Of a stretch of DNA of 64,000 nt, positions 19,163-29,846 are shown one piece after another. Every line of letters starts with the position of its first letter. The first letter of the stretch is position 1. The notes beneath the pieces were generated by a model. That model had not been told where the DNA came from and did no database searches. It saw nothing but the letters and a program-made list of their open reading frames with translations. The stretch is from Desulfobacterales bacterium (lineage in GTDB: Bacteria > Desulfobacterota > Desulfobacteria > Desulfobacterales > UBA2174): the NCBI GenBank assembly GCA_963668645.2, contig CAXXWC010000018.1, positions 416,001-480,000 on the forward strand, given 5' to 3'. A program made the translations under genes and the position numbers.

Positions 19163-20443
19163 ATGAAAATCGTTGTCGTGGGCGGCGGGTGGGCCGGATG
19201 CGCCGCCGCGCTGGCCGCAGAAAAGCAGGGCGCTGAAGTCGTCTTGATCGAACGCACCGATATGCTGCTGGGCACAGGCCTGGTGGGCGGCATCATGCGC
19301 AACAACGGACGGTTCACCGCCACAGAAGAGATGATCGCCATGGGCGGCGGTGAACTCTTTGCACTCTGCGACCAGAATTCGCTTCACCGCGGCATTGATT
19401 TTCCCGGGCACCGCCACGCCTCCATCTACAACGTTGCCAGCATGGAGCCGATGGTTAAGCGCTTTCTTCAGCGGCAGGGGGTCGGCATTGAAACCGAGAC
19501 ACGGATAACGGATGTGGAAATGGGCGGCGGCCGCATCCGGACGATTTCGGCAAAGCGCAAAAGTGATGAATCCTGCGTCTTTGCCGGTGATGCCTTCATC
19601 GACACCACCGGCACTGCGGGGCCGCCGTCAAGCTGCAACAAATACGGCAACGGCTGCGCCATGTGCGTGTTGCGCTGCCACACCTTCGGTGGCAGGGTGA
19701 GCCTGGCCGCCAAGGCCGGCGTAAAAGAGATGGTGGGCCGCAAAGGGAGTCGCAGTGGTGCCATGAGCGGTTCGTGCAAACTGCTCAAAGAGTCGCTGTC
19801 GGAAGAAATTAGAAAGACCCTTGACAGGGAAGGGGTGGCGGTGATCCCCCTTCCCGAATCTCTGATTCTCAGGGGCAAGCTGGAGCTGAAATGCTGTCAG
19901 CAGTATGCCCTGCCCGAATTCGAGCGAAACATCGTTCTGCTCGACACCGGTCATGCCAAGCTGATGAGCCCGTTTTTTCCCCTCGATTTGTTGCGAGAAA
20001 TCCCCGGACTTGAAAACGCGCGCTACGAAGACCCCTATGCGGGTGGGCGCGGCAATTCGATGCGCTATTTTGCAATGTCTCCCCGGGACGACAGCCTGAA
20101 AGTGGACGGTGTCGAGAACCTGTTTTGTGCGGGTGAAAAGGCCGGCCTGCTGGTGGGCCACACCGAAGCCATCTGCACAGGAACCCTGGCCGGCTACAAC
20201 GCCGTTCGGTATGCCAGCCGGCAAAAACCGCTGATACTGTCCGATTCCCTGGCGGTGGGTGATGCCATCTTCCATGTCAGATCCCAGATGCAGGATCAAG
20301 GCATCCTGGACCTGAAATACACTTTTTCCGGCTCCGTCTTTTTCGAACGCATGAAGAAGCGCAACCTCTACACCACCGATGTCGATACGATCCGAAAGCG
20401 GGTCGCTGAGGCCGGGATGGAAGGGATATTTTCGAAGGTGTAA
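19163..20443 (+). CDS. GidA/TrmFO-like FAD-dependent oxidoreductase, Cys-rich, unknown function
   Basis: VVGGGWAGCAAA, IPGLENAR, NLFCAGE...GHTEAICTG.LAGYNA; CNKYGNGCAMCVLRC. Confidence 0.8.
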   Translation: MKIVVVGGGWAGCAAALAAEKQGAEVVLIERTDMLLGTGLVGGIMRNNGRFTATEEMIAMGGGELFALCDQNSLHRGIDFPGHRHASIYNVASMEPMVKRFLQRQGVGIETETRITDVEMGGGRIRTISAKRKSDESCVFAGDAFIDTTGTAGPPSSCNKYGNGCAMCVLRCHTFGGRVSLAAKAGVKEMVGRKGSRSGAMSGSCKLLKESLSEEIRKTLDREGVAVIPLPESLILRGKLELKCCQQYALPEFERNIVLLDTGHAKLMSPFFPLDLLREIPGLENARYEDPYAGGRGNSMRYFAMSPRDDSLKVDGVENLFCAGEKAGLLVGHTEAICTGTLAGYNAVRYASRQKPLILSDSLAVGDAIFHVRSQMQDQGILDLKYTFSGSVFFERMKKRNLYTTDVDTIRKRVAEAGMEGIFSKV

Positions 20444-20445
20444 AA

Positions 20446-22344
20446 TCAGTCTAAATTTTTTTCCCGTTGATCGAGAGCGTTTCGGACCGCATTGGCCAGT
20501 TCATGGAAATTGACCGGTTTCATCAAAATCTTGCTGATGCCCAGTCTCTTGAGATCGCATTTGGCAACCGGTGAACTGAATCCGGAGCAAATGATGATGG
20601 GAATATCCGGCCGCATGGCCTTGATTTCCTCGGCAAGAGCGGCGCCGTTCATATGCGGCATACTGACGTCCGTAAGAACGAGGTCATACTTTTTGGGGCG
20701 GGCACGAAAAGCTTCGATCGCATCGTAGGGATTCAGTCTGGTTTCAACTATATATCCCAGGCGCTGCAGCAAGTCCTTGCCTATTTCGACCAGGGCGACT
20801 TCATCGTCAACCAGCAAAATGGTTTCTTTGCCTTTTGGGAAGGTTGCCGGTTCTACGGGGACATTTCCAGTCAACTCTTGGACGACAGGGAAAAGTGCCT
20901 CGAACTTGGTTCCGAATCCGGCTCTACTCTCGACGCTGATATCACCGCCATGGGCCTTGATGATTCCATGCACCGTAGACAGACCCATACCGTTCCCTTC
21001 TCCGCGAGGTTTGGTGGTAAAGTACGGTTCGAATATGTGCGAGAGAGTATCTTCATCCATCCCGTGCCCTGTATCCTCAACGCGCAGTTTGAGGTAGGGT
21101 CCGGGCCGCAGGTCGGTATCGAAAAGCCTGTCGTTGTATTCCAGCAGAACCGGGGAGAGTGAAACCTCGAGAATCCCGCCTTTGGCCTTCATGGCGTAAA
21201 GCGCGTTGCTGCACAGGTTCATGACAACCTGGTGAATTTGTGTTTTCTGGGCCATCACGGAACCGAGGTCGGACGGTATGTCTTCTCTGATCTCGATATG
21301 TTTTGGCGTCGATACCTTGACCAGCTTCAAGGCGATGGCGACTTCGTGGCTCAGATCGGTGGGCTTTTTTTCCATCGTGTTTTGCCTGCTGAACTGGAGG
21401 ATCTGCATAACAAGATCCTTGGCACGCTCGATGGCAACAAATAGCTGGTCGAGGTAGTTTCGATTTTTTGAGTTCGGCTGGCATGAAAGCTTTGTCAATT
21501 CGGCATATCCGGTGATCGCGCTAAGAATGTTGTTGAAATCATGAGCGATACCTCCGGCAAGGGCCCCCAGGGCCTCCATCTTGTGCCTCTGCATGAGAAG
21601 TGCTTTGATTTTTTCATTTTCAATCTCGGACTGAGTGCGTTCGGAAATGTCTTGAACAAACGTGACTGCAAAACACTTGTTATTGCATTTAAACAGGTTG
21701 GAGATCACTTCCACCGGAACTGTGGTGCCGTTTTTCTTCCGGTGCAATGTTTCAAATTTGAATATGTTCTTTCTAAGAAGGGTGCCCCACTGTTTTTTGA
21801 GTTTATCGGCGTCAACCGTGGGATCAAGGTCACCTACTGACATGCTGCACAGTTCCTCTCGGCTATAGCCGAGAAGAAGGCAAGCATACTCGTTGGCATT
21901 GATAATCTTTCCATTCGAGTCTATGCGATAAATTGCATAGGATGCCTTTTCGAAAATGAATTTTGCAATCTCCAACTCATCTTCAATATTTTTTCTGTGG
22001 CTGATATCCATAACGAAAGAAGTCGCAAAAGTCTGGCCGTCAAGCTTCATTGGTTTGGTTACGATTTCAACTGGGAAAGTGGTTTCATCTTTCCTGTGGA
22101 ATATACTTTCGAAAGTACCGGTTTCTTCCTTGCCAGTTGTTTGCCAGGATGACTCCAGTTTCTCACGGGTTAACGAAGGGGCGATGTCAAAAATATACAT
22201 GTTGCGGAGTTCTTCACAAGAATAGCCCAGAATTTCTGCCGCTTTAAGGTTGACATCCAAAAAACGGCCGTTTTCTCGATAACAAAGGATCGGTAAGGAA
22301 GCCTGCTCAAAGAAGAGTTGCTTCAATTGTGCCGAGAGTTCCAT
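20446..22344 (-). CDS. PAS-PAS hybrid sensor histidine kinase/response regulator
   Basis: Two PAS repeats, AGGIAHDFNNIL, EPYFTTK..G.GMGL, receiver ILLVDDE...LTDVSMP. Confidence 0.96.
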   Translation of the reverse strand: MELSAQLKQLFFEQASLPILCYRENGRFLDVNLKAAEILGYSCEELRNMYIFDIAPSLTREKLESSWQTTGKEETGTFESIFHRKDETTFPVEIVTKPMKLDGQTFATSFVMDISHRKNIEDELEIAKFIFEKASYAIYRIDSNGKIINANEYACLLLGYSREELCSMSVGDLDPTVDADKLKKQWGTLLRKNIFKFETLHRKKNGTTVPVEVISNLFKCNNKCFAVTFVQDISERTQSEIENEKIKALLMQRHKMEALGALAGGIAHDFNNILSAITGYAELTKLSCQPNSKNRNYLDQLFVAIERAKDLVMQILQFSRQNTMEKKPTDLSHEVAIALKLVKVSTPKHIEIREDIPSDLGSVMAQKTQIHQVVMNLCSNALYAMKAKGGILEVSLSPVLLEYNDRLFDTDLRPGPYLKLRVEDTGHGMDEDTLSHIFEPYFTTKPRGEGNGMGLSTVHGIIKAHGGDISVESRAGFGTKFEALFPVVQELTGNVPVEPATFPKGKETILLVDDEVALVEIGKDLLQRLGYIVETRLNPYDAIEAFRARPKKYDLVLTDVSMPHMNGAALAEEIKAMRPDIPIIICSGFSSPVAKCDLKRLGISKILMKPVNFHELANAVRNALDQREKNLD

Positions 22345-22984
22345 CGTATCAATTTGCCTTTCACTTTGGATTGAGAAAGTATTTGTCTGATTTCTATTGC
22401 CAGGACCTTTCCTGAGACTAAATGTTGATCCTCATCGAAATGAACCATCGGCGCGGCTGGTTTTTGTAACCGACCGGTATCGCAATCAACCGCCGATTTT
22501 GGGGGCACAATCTCGATTTTCTTCGTCCAACCGTACGTCACGGGGCCCGGGGAGCGCTGAAAGGGGCGGCCGCGGCCTGTGAAACGTTTAATTTGCCGGA
22601 ATCTTCGGTCAAGATTGTTTTGCCGCCCGGATATTGCTGATCGTATAAAGTCAGGAGAGCCGCAGCAATGGCTTTCGCATGGGAGGGTGTCGCCCAAAAG
22701 GCTAAGCATTAAAGAGGCACTATACATCAACACCTCGTCGGCTATGGGAATGAATAGCCGGCAGTTCAAAGATGGCTATAGAAAAGTGCACCGGCGGCTC
22801 ATTGCGTCTGAAACGCTCAAATTTGGTAAAATTAACGCATGATGCTTACAATGTCAATTTCAGCATTTTATCCGTTGTTCAACAAATAAATCCCGAGTGT
22901 TGTGGGTAACACTCGTCTTTCTATCGGTTTTTCCAGGACTTTATTTCTTTGCGACAGTTTCTATCTATTTTATTTCTAGTTTTT

Positions 22985-24526
22985 AACCCTACAACGCAAC
23001 TAAAGGTTATTTGACAATCTCAGCCAGTCGCTTTTTCCGGTGCGATAGATAGGCACGGTGGTTTTTATCTTGCACCCAGATGATTTGCGCAATCAGGGTG
23101 TCGAGTGTGTGTTTGCGCATGGGTAGTAGCAGTCTGATCAGCACTCTAAGCTGCGACAGCGTAATAGATGGTGCTTTTTTTCCCCAACCTGATTTTCAGG
23201 TGCCAGAGGAAAAAGTGGGCCATTATGCACGTGAGTATGTGGTGGTGCCAGCCCGGAAACTTTCTGACCTCATAGTGATCCATGCCCAGTTCGGTTTTGG
23301 TTTCCTCGAAACACTGCTCGATGGCCCAGCGCATCCCGCTTAGCCAAATCAGGGGCTTGAGCCGAATGCTGGGGGAGGCGTTGCTGATATAATAGGAATA
23401 GTGCCGATCCTCCCCGAGGGTGCGCCGGATCAGCAACCAAGCGGCTTTCCCAGGCATCTTATCGGCTGGAAGGATGATCCTGCGCCGGGTGAATTCATAA
23501 ACGATCGGCCCCTTGGTGCCTTCGGAAACCTCGCGGCGGTACCAGAAATAGTCGTTGATGTTTTTTGCCAACGCCTCGACGCTCATCGGTTTGCTGTCGG
23601 CATCGGCCAGCACGGTTTTCGTCCGGGTCGTTCCGCCCCATCGATACTGTCGGGTAATAGTCATGGGTTTCTTGAGCCAGCACAAGGTCGTCTTGGTCAC
23701 TGATACCAGATAGGTCGTATCCGGCAACGATTCCACAGCGCCGATGAATTCCGGACTCATACCGTAGATCGAATCGGCCAGTACATATTTGAACGGCAGC
23801 AGCTTTTCCCGGCGGATTTCTTCAAGCATTTCGGCGGCAAGCTGCGGCTTGGTCCGAAAAACGACATCCTCCGGCATTTTACACTTTTGCCTTCGCAGGG
23901 CATGTTCATCCGAAAACCATTTTTCGGGTACAAACAGCCGCTTGTTGACCAAGGCATACCCTTTTTCGGAAGCGTAGGCGGCAAAGACGCCGACCTGGCA
24001 GTTGTCGACTTTGCCGATGTTGCCGCAGTATTGGCGGGCGACTCCCACGGATTCGTCTCCCTTTTTGACAAAGCCGCTCTCATCGAAGATCAGGACGCCA
24101 TCGGGGCTTCCGAGATCGTCATTTACAAGACTACGATATTTGATTTCGATATTTGTGTCATCCCAAGGTGCTTCACTGACAAACCGTTGCAATGCCCTGA
24201 CATTTCCATTTTCGACGGCAAGGGCGATTGGTTCAATGGATTTTCTTTCCAACGGGCTGAACTGCCCAACCATGTAATTGAAGAAATGTTCTCTGGACTC
24301 ACTGCGTTGGAAACAATCGTAAAACTGTTCATGAAAGCCTCTGAGTTCGCTCATGAAATCTTTGATATCACCCCGAGCGAGATCAAATTTTGGAACATCG
24401 TATAGGTATTCGTCATGACGGCAACTGGGTAGCATGGTCTGCCTCCTATATGTGGGTTGTTGCGTAGTATGGCAGGATGCTACGAAAAAATCAAGTGTTA
24501 ATCATGACAAGTTGCGTTGTAGGGTT
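22985..24526 (-). mobile_element. IS701-family insertion sequence
   Basis: Perfect 17-bp IR AACCCTACAACGCAACT at 22985-23001 and 24510-24526; no flanking direct repeat seen. Confidence 0.9.
23007..24435 (-). CDS. IS701 transposase; C-terminal ~55 aa lie in the +1 frame after an A7 run (23175-23181)
   Basis: FDESGFVKKG.SVGVARQYCG..GKVDNCQVGV, ADSIYG, RWAIEQCFEETKTELGMDHYEVR; shifted tail APSITLSQLRVLI...HRAYLSH. Confidence 0.9.
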
Positions 24527-25627
24527 GACCTCACCGTGGATCTGACCTTCTACGACACCACTACGGCCTCGTTCCATGTCGATCAGGAAGATGACGGTGA
24601 CCGGCACGCCAACACCACCTTGCGCAAGTTCGGCCGCAACAAGGAAGGCACCTGGTCGCCTCAAGTCGTCGTGGCCCTGGCCGTGACCCGCCAAGGTATC
24701 CCGGTGCGCAGTTGGGTGCTGCCGGGCAACACGGCCGATGTGACCACTGTCGAAAAGATCTGTACTGACCTGCGGGGCTGGAACCTGGGTCGCGCCTTGT
24801 TTGTCGCCGACGCGGGCATGAATTCGCAAACCAACCGCGAAGAACTGGCCCGGGCCTGCGGCAAGTACCTTCTGGCCTGCCGGATGGCCAGCGTGGCCGA
24901 GATCAAACGCGATGTGCTGAGCAAACGCGGCCGCTACACCGTCATCCGCGACAACCTGCACGCCAAGGAGGTCATCGTCGGAGACGGCGAACGGCGCAAG
25001 CGTTACATCCTGTGCTACAACCCCAAGGAAGCCAAACGCCAGCGGCTACACCGTGAAACGATCGTTCAGATGCTCGAAACCGAACTCGATCGGCACCCGG
25101 ACCCATCGGCCACGGCCCAGTGGGCGATCGAGCTGTTGGCCTCGGCGCGTTTCAAGCGGTATCTGCGCATCACCAAGGGCAACCAGGTCCGAATCGACCG
25201 GGCGGCCATCAAGGCGGCGGCCAAGTACGATGGCAAATGGGTGGTGGAAACCAACGACGATACCATCAGCCTTGAAGACGCCGTCTGCGGGTACAAAGGG
25301 TTGATGGTCATCGAGCGCTGCTTTCGCTCGCTCAAGCGCACCCAGATCAAGATGATGCCGATGTACCACTGGGCCTCGCGGCGCATTGAGGCCCATGTGA
25401 AGATCTGTGTGCTGGCGCTGATGATCGAGCGGGTGGCCGAACTCGAATGCGGCCTGCCCTGGCACCGAATTCGCCGGTCGCTGGACAAGCTACAGGTCAC
25501 AAAACTTTGCAATTTAAATTCCCGTGTGCTTATGCGCAACGAGATCCCCGCCAAAACTGACAACATACTGAAAGCGCTTAAAATCAAAGCTCCGCAGCAG
25601 GTTCTTTCACTGGAAAATCGGCCCTAA
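24527..25627 (+). pseudogene. 5'-truncated IS1634-family transposase
   Basis: Begins mid-domain at DLTFYDTTT directly after the IS701 IR; GNTADV, VADAGM, IERCFRSLK, RIEAHVKICVLAL. Confidence 0.88.
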
Positions 25628-25988
25628 AAAGGGGCGAAAATTGTAGACACACGCTGAATTTCATTCATCGGCACAGATGCACGCCAGATAAGGGTTTGCG
25701 CCAATTCCGTGTTCCTACGTTTCCCAAACCTAAGTGTTAGCCACGGCCATCAAAGTCTTGGCAACCGGATGGCGGCAAAAAGCGCCGGCAACCTGAAAAA
25801 TAAATTAAAAAGTATCACCGCCCCGCTCTGATGATCCTTACCAGTATTTTGGATACTGTCATTTTTCTCTACAATTTAGCTCTGCTTACAAAAGCGCTAT
25901 CATGTGTATTATCATATAGTTAGAATATTCCAATGGCCTTTTGACACAGCCTTGTCAGAAGAGCTTTAAAAATGATTCGTTTTTTTGC

Positions 25989-26017
25989 TTGACAGGGAAT
26001 TGTATACAGAGTACAGT
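25989..26017 (+). promoter_or_regulatory. Sigma70 promoter with a GntR/FadR-type operator in the spacer
   Basis: TTGACA-N17-TACAGT with TTGTATACA inside the spacer. Confidence 0.65.
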
Positions 26018-26034
26018 TGGCAAAGTTCAGTTAG

Positions 26035-26098
26035 CAAAGTACAAAGTACAAAGTACAAAGTGCAAAGTGCAAAGTGCAATGACAATGACAATGACAAT
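26035..26098 (+). repeat. Compound short tandem repeat (CAAAGTR)n followed by (CAATGA)n in the gntR leader
   Basis: About six heptamers then three hexamers plus a partial, read directly. Confidence 0.9.
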
Positions 26099-26113
26099 TG
26101 CAGTGGAGAAACT

Positions 26114-26800
26114 ATGCAAATTGAAAGCCTAACCCAATTAGTGATCGATTACGTAAGAGATAGAATTGTTACGGGAGTGTTTCCTCCTGGATCAAAACTC
26201 AATGAAAGTGAAATCGCCTCTTCTTTGGGAATAAGCAGGCATCCGCTACGAGAGGCTTTAAAAGTTCTTGAAAGCGAATTTTTGGTTTTCAGTGTTCCAA
26301 GAAAAGGAAGTTATGTTAAAGATTTATCGGCTGATGATGTAGCAGAGCTCACTCAGTCAAGGGGAATGGTTGAGTGCTATGCTATAGATTACCTTAAATC
26401 CAAAAAAATTAAAAAATTTCCACTTGTAGAAAAGGCATTGAAGGCAGAATGCGACATACCTTATCCTTCTAAAGAAAAAATGGATGAAATACTTGCTTAT
26501 CATAAGGTGTTTAATGATTTCCATCTTGCATTGGTAAAATCGACTGAAAATTACAGAATTGCTCATTTTTATAATGCAATAAGCAAAAATCTAATACGGT
26601 ATCAATTGATATATTTGTTCATTCCCGGATTTGCGATGCAATCGGTGAATGATCACCAGAAAATTTTTGATTTAATGAAAAGCGGCGAATATATAAAGGC
26701 TAGAAAATTATTATTATCGCATATCAATAAAACTAACAATATTCTCGAAGAAAGAATTTTCAATGAAAAAGCTAAAAAGCCACTTGGCTCGAAAAGTTAA
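26114..26800 (+). CDS. GntR (FCD) family regulator
   Basis: PGSKLNESEIASSLGISRHPLREALKVLESE; GGAG RBS before ATG 26114. Confidence 0.93.
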   Translation: MQIESLTQLVIDYVRDRIVTGVFPPGSKLNESEIASSLGISRHPLREALKVLESEFLVFSVPRKGSYVKDLSADDVAELTQSRGMVECYAIDYLKSKKIKKFPLVEKALKAECDIPYPSKEKMDEILAYHKVFNDFHLALVKSTENYRIAHFYNAISKNLIRYQLIYLFIPGFAMQSVNDHQKIFDLMKSGEYIKARKLLLSHINKTNNILEERIFNEKAKKPLGSKS

Positions 26801-26827
26801 TTAAAGCGAGTGAAGAATGTTCAGGAG

Positions 26828-26863
26828 GAAAAAGAAATGGAAAAAGAAATGGAAAAAGAAATG
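26828..26863 (+). repeat. Perfect 12-bp triple repeat GAAAAAGAAATG containing three in-frame ATGs
   Basis: Read directly; encodes EKEM x3. Confidence 0.95.
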
Positions 26864-27883
26864 AGTTCCTATGACCGAGTAATGGCGGCAATTAATGGTG
26901 AAAAAGCCGATCGTGTTCCAGTATTCCCAATTGTCAGAGAGTGGTGTTTAGAACAGGCACAATTCAAGTTTACCGATGCTATGAAATTTCCTGAAATATA
27001 TGCTTATGCACAGTATTACTGTCTGCAAAAATTCGGATACGATGGGGTTTGGGACCCTCTGGCTGTTCATGCTGAATCCGGTGCAATGGGTAGCGTTATA
27101 GAGCTTGATGAGGGCTACCCTCCGAAGGTCGTTGATAGCCCGATAAAAGATTATAATAAAGATCTCTCGAAGCTTAAAATGCTTGACCCGCAGCAGGATG
27201 GCTGGCTACCTCATATACTGGCTATCATCAAGCAATTAAGGAACCTGTGCAGGGGAAAATATGCGGTAGTGGGGTATGTTCAGGCACCTTTTCGCCATGC
27301 AGCAATGTTGCGAGGGGCGGATTTGATTTACACAGATGTTCGGAAAAAACCGGACGACCTTAAAAAACTATTAAAGATCACTACAGAGAGCCAGATTATA
27401 TGGGCAATGGCCCTAATCGAAGCTGGTGCGGATATCATCTATATGGCGGATCCCACTTCTTCCGGCGACGCCGTATCCAAAAAAGTTTGGGAAGAATTCG
27501 GTGCTCCTTATGTAAAAGAGGTGGTTACAACGATTAAGGCCAACTCTTCGGTCAAAGTCGTACTTCATATATGCGGTGATACAAACGATAGGTTGGAATC
27601 GATGTATAACACCGGGGTAGATTGCCTAAGTGTTGACCAGAAGGTTGATCTTGTTCATGCAAGACAAGTTCTTGGCCCAAAAGCATGCCTTTTTGGAAAT
27701 ATTGATCCGACAGCTCTATTGGCCTTTGCAGGTCCTGATGAGGTTGAAAAAGAAGCAGAGAAATGCATTGAGAAGGCAGGGCAGAATGGTGCCTTTATTC
27801 TTTCCAGCGGTTGCCTTACCACAATGGCGTCGCCGGAAAACATTGAGGCGATGGTAAAGGTTGCAGTCGCACATTCGTATTAG
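26837..27883 (+). CDS. MtaA/CmuA-type (UroD superfamily) corrinoid methyltransferase
   Basis: DRVPVFP, AESGAMG, ADPTSS, Zn motif LHICG...LSSGC, GNIDP; AGGAGG 8 nt before ATG 26837. Confidence 0.85.
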   Translation: MEKEMEKEMSSYDRVMAAINGEKADRVPVFPIVREWCLEQAQFKFTDAMKFPEIYAYAQYYCLQKFGYDGVWDPLAVHAESGAMGSVIELDEGYPPKVVDSPIKDYNKDLSKLKMLDPQQDGWLPHILAIIKQLRNLCRGKYAVVGYVQAPFRHAAMLRGADLIYTDVRKKPDDLKKLLKITTESQIIWAMALIEAGADIIYMADPTSSGDAVSKKVWEEFGAPYVKEVVTTIKANSSVKVVLHICGDTNDRLESMYNTGVDCLSVDQKVDLVHARQVLGPKACLFGNIDPTALLAFAGPDEVEKEAEKCIEKAGQNGAFILSSGCLTTMASPENIEAMVKVAVAHSY

Positions 27884-28011
27884 AATTTTATGAAAAGGGA
27901 TGATAATAAATTTAACTGTATTAAACCAAGGGGCCGATAGATTTGTTGATTAAACAATGTGCGGACACAGACAGGTATCAAATACTATATATTTAGAAAG
28001 GAAGTGATTTA

Positions 28012-28521
28012 ATGGCAGATATGACAGTTCTAAATGCCCAATATTTGAATAAAATAGATTTTAAGCCTTTTGGCCAAAAACTGAATCGCAATCGTATCGA
28101 TAAGGAAATCGAGCCGGCTAAGGGCGTTTTTGTTATACCGGGTGTTGGTGAAGTTGAAGTCGAAAATGGATTGCCGGAACTTAACTTTCTTAAAGTTTTA
28201 TCTCGTCCTTTTGTCTGTAAAGTTCTAGAGCGCCATTTGCTGACTTCTCAATCTTTTATTCCTATAAAAGGCTGCTGTAGCCTTATGGTTCTGGCTCCGG
28301 CCACGAAAGGACCATTGCCAGACTTAAGTAAGATAATTGCAGTAATATTTGATGGAACAGAAGGTATAAATATAAAAAAAGGCACATGGCATAGTGCACC
28401 ATTTGCGATTTCAAAAGAATCTAATTTCGTCATGGTAGGAAGAAAAGGTACATTAATGGATGATCTTTATCTAGTCGATTTGGAGAAAAATTTTAATATA
28501 AAGTATCAGATAATTCTTTAA
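28012..28521 (+). CDS. Ureidoglycolate lyase (AllA)-like cupin, copy 1
   Basis: FKPFGQ, LERHLLTSQSFIP, GINIKKGTWH. Confidence 0.8.
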   Translation: MADMTVLNAQYLNKIDFKPFGQKLNRNRIDKEIEPAKGVFVIPGVGEVEVENGLPELNFLKVLSRPFVCKVLERHLLTSQSFIPIKGCCSLMVLAPATKGPLPDLSKIIAVIFDGTEGINIKKGTWHSAPFAISKESNFVMVGRKGTLMDDLYLVDLEKNFNIKYQIIL

Positions 28522-28603
28522 ATGCATATTGTTGAAAAAGGTATCAAATAATGAAATCATAGACTTTGTAAAAATGAATTCTAAAATCTATTAGGAGCTT
28601 CCG

Positions 28604-29116
28604 ATGATTGAAAAAGTGCAAATAAAGGCAACGCATTTAAATGAGATCGATTTTACCCCTTATGGGCAGAAACTTGCAGAAAGTGACATAGGCAAAATCA
28701 TAGAACCGGAAGAAGGGGTTTTTGTAACGCCCGGAGTGGGACAGCTATACGTAGAAAGAGGCGATCTTGTATTTAATTATCTTACGGTACGCAGGTGTCC
28801 ATTGATTGTAGGGGCGTTGGAGCGTCATGTGTTGACATCGCAAACGGTTGTTCCTTTGTTGGGATGTTGTGGATTATATATGATGGCTCCACAGGCAAAA
28901 GATTTTGATGGCCCGGATTTAGACAATGCCTTCGCAGTCTATTTTGACGGATCACAAGGTATAAATATTAAAAAGGGCATCTGGCACAGTGCTCCTTTGG
29001 CATTTTCAGAAGAGTCGAGTTATCTCATGGTTATGCGAAACGGGACATTTAAAGACGATCTTGAAGTATACGATTTTCAAAAGAATTTAAACAAGGTATT
29101 CCAAATCTTAATTTAA
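28604..29116 (+). CDS. Ureidoglycolate lyase (AllA)-like cupin, copy 2
   Basis: FTPYGQ, LERHVLTSQTVVP, GINIKKGIWH. Confidence 0.8.
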   Translation: MIEKVQIKATHLNEIDFTPYGQKLAESDIGKIIEPEEGVFVTPGVGQLYVERGDLVFNYLTVRRCPLIVGALERHVLTSQTVVPLLGCCGLYMMAPQAKDFDGPDLDNAFAVYFDGSQGINIKKGIWHSAPLAFSEESSYLMVMRNGTFKDDLEVYDFQKNLNKVFQILI

Positions 29117-29846
29117 ACTACCCCCAAAAAGGAGAATCAGATGATGAAAAAGTTGGTCGGTCTAATAGCTGCACTAATTTTGGCAATTTTGATGATCACT
29201 CCGTCAACCACAAAGGCCGAATATAAGAAAGAGTACAAGTTTTCAATTATCGTAGGTCCATCTTTGGTGTGGGCCAAGACTGCGGAGTATTTTGCTGATG
29301 AGGTAAGAGAAAGAACAGGTGGTCGGGTAAATATCAAAGTGTATACAGGTGGAACACTCCTTGCGGGGCAACAGTTAAATGAATTTATGATGTTAAAAAA
29401 GGGAGTTATCGATTTTGCCTATGATTCCACAATAAACTGGTCCCCCCAAATTAAAGAAATGAACCTATTTACACTTCCTTTTTTGTTCCCAAAAGGAAAA
29501 TATATTTATGATGCTGTCGATGCTGTAGAAAATGGTGAGCCGGGGAAAAAATTATTTGAAATTATGGAAAAAAAGGGCGTTGTGGGCCTTGCCTGGGGAG
29601 AAAATGGATTCAGGCAGTTGTCCAACAACAAAATTGAAGTCAAAACTGTGGATGATATGAAAAATCTTAAGATCCGAATTGTTGGGTCACCAATTTTCAT
29701 AGATATCTATAGGGCACTTGGAGCTGACCCAATGGCAATAAATTGGGGAGAAACTGTAACAGGACTGCAGCAGGGTACTGTCGATGGTTTTGAAAATGGA
29801 ATAAATTCAATACAGCGTACCTTGAAGGTGTGGGAATACACTAAAC

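Noticed and set aside
19163..20443. mnmG/gidA or trmFO assignment
   Set aside because: Too short for MnmG, has distinct Cys clusters, and lies in a transporter operon
22345..22980. Short ORFs upstream of the histidine kinase
   Set aside because: No motifs or convincing RBS; treated as intergenic or degraded DNA
26035..26098. CRISPR array
   Set aside because: Units are 6-7 bp with no spacers; this is a simple tandem repeat
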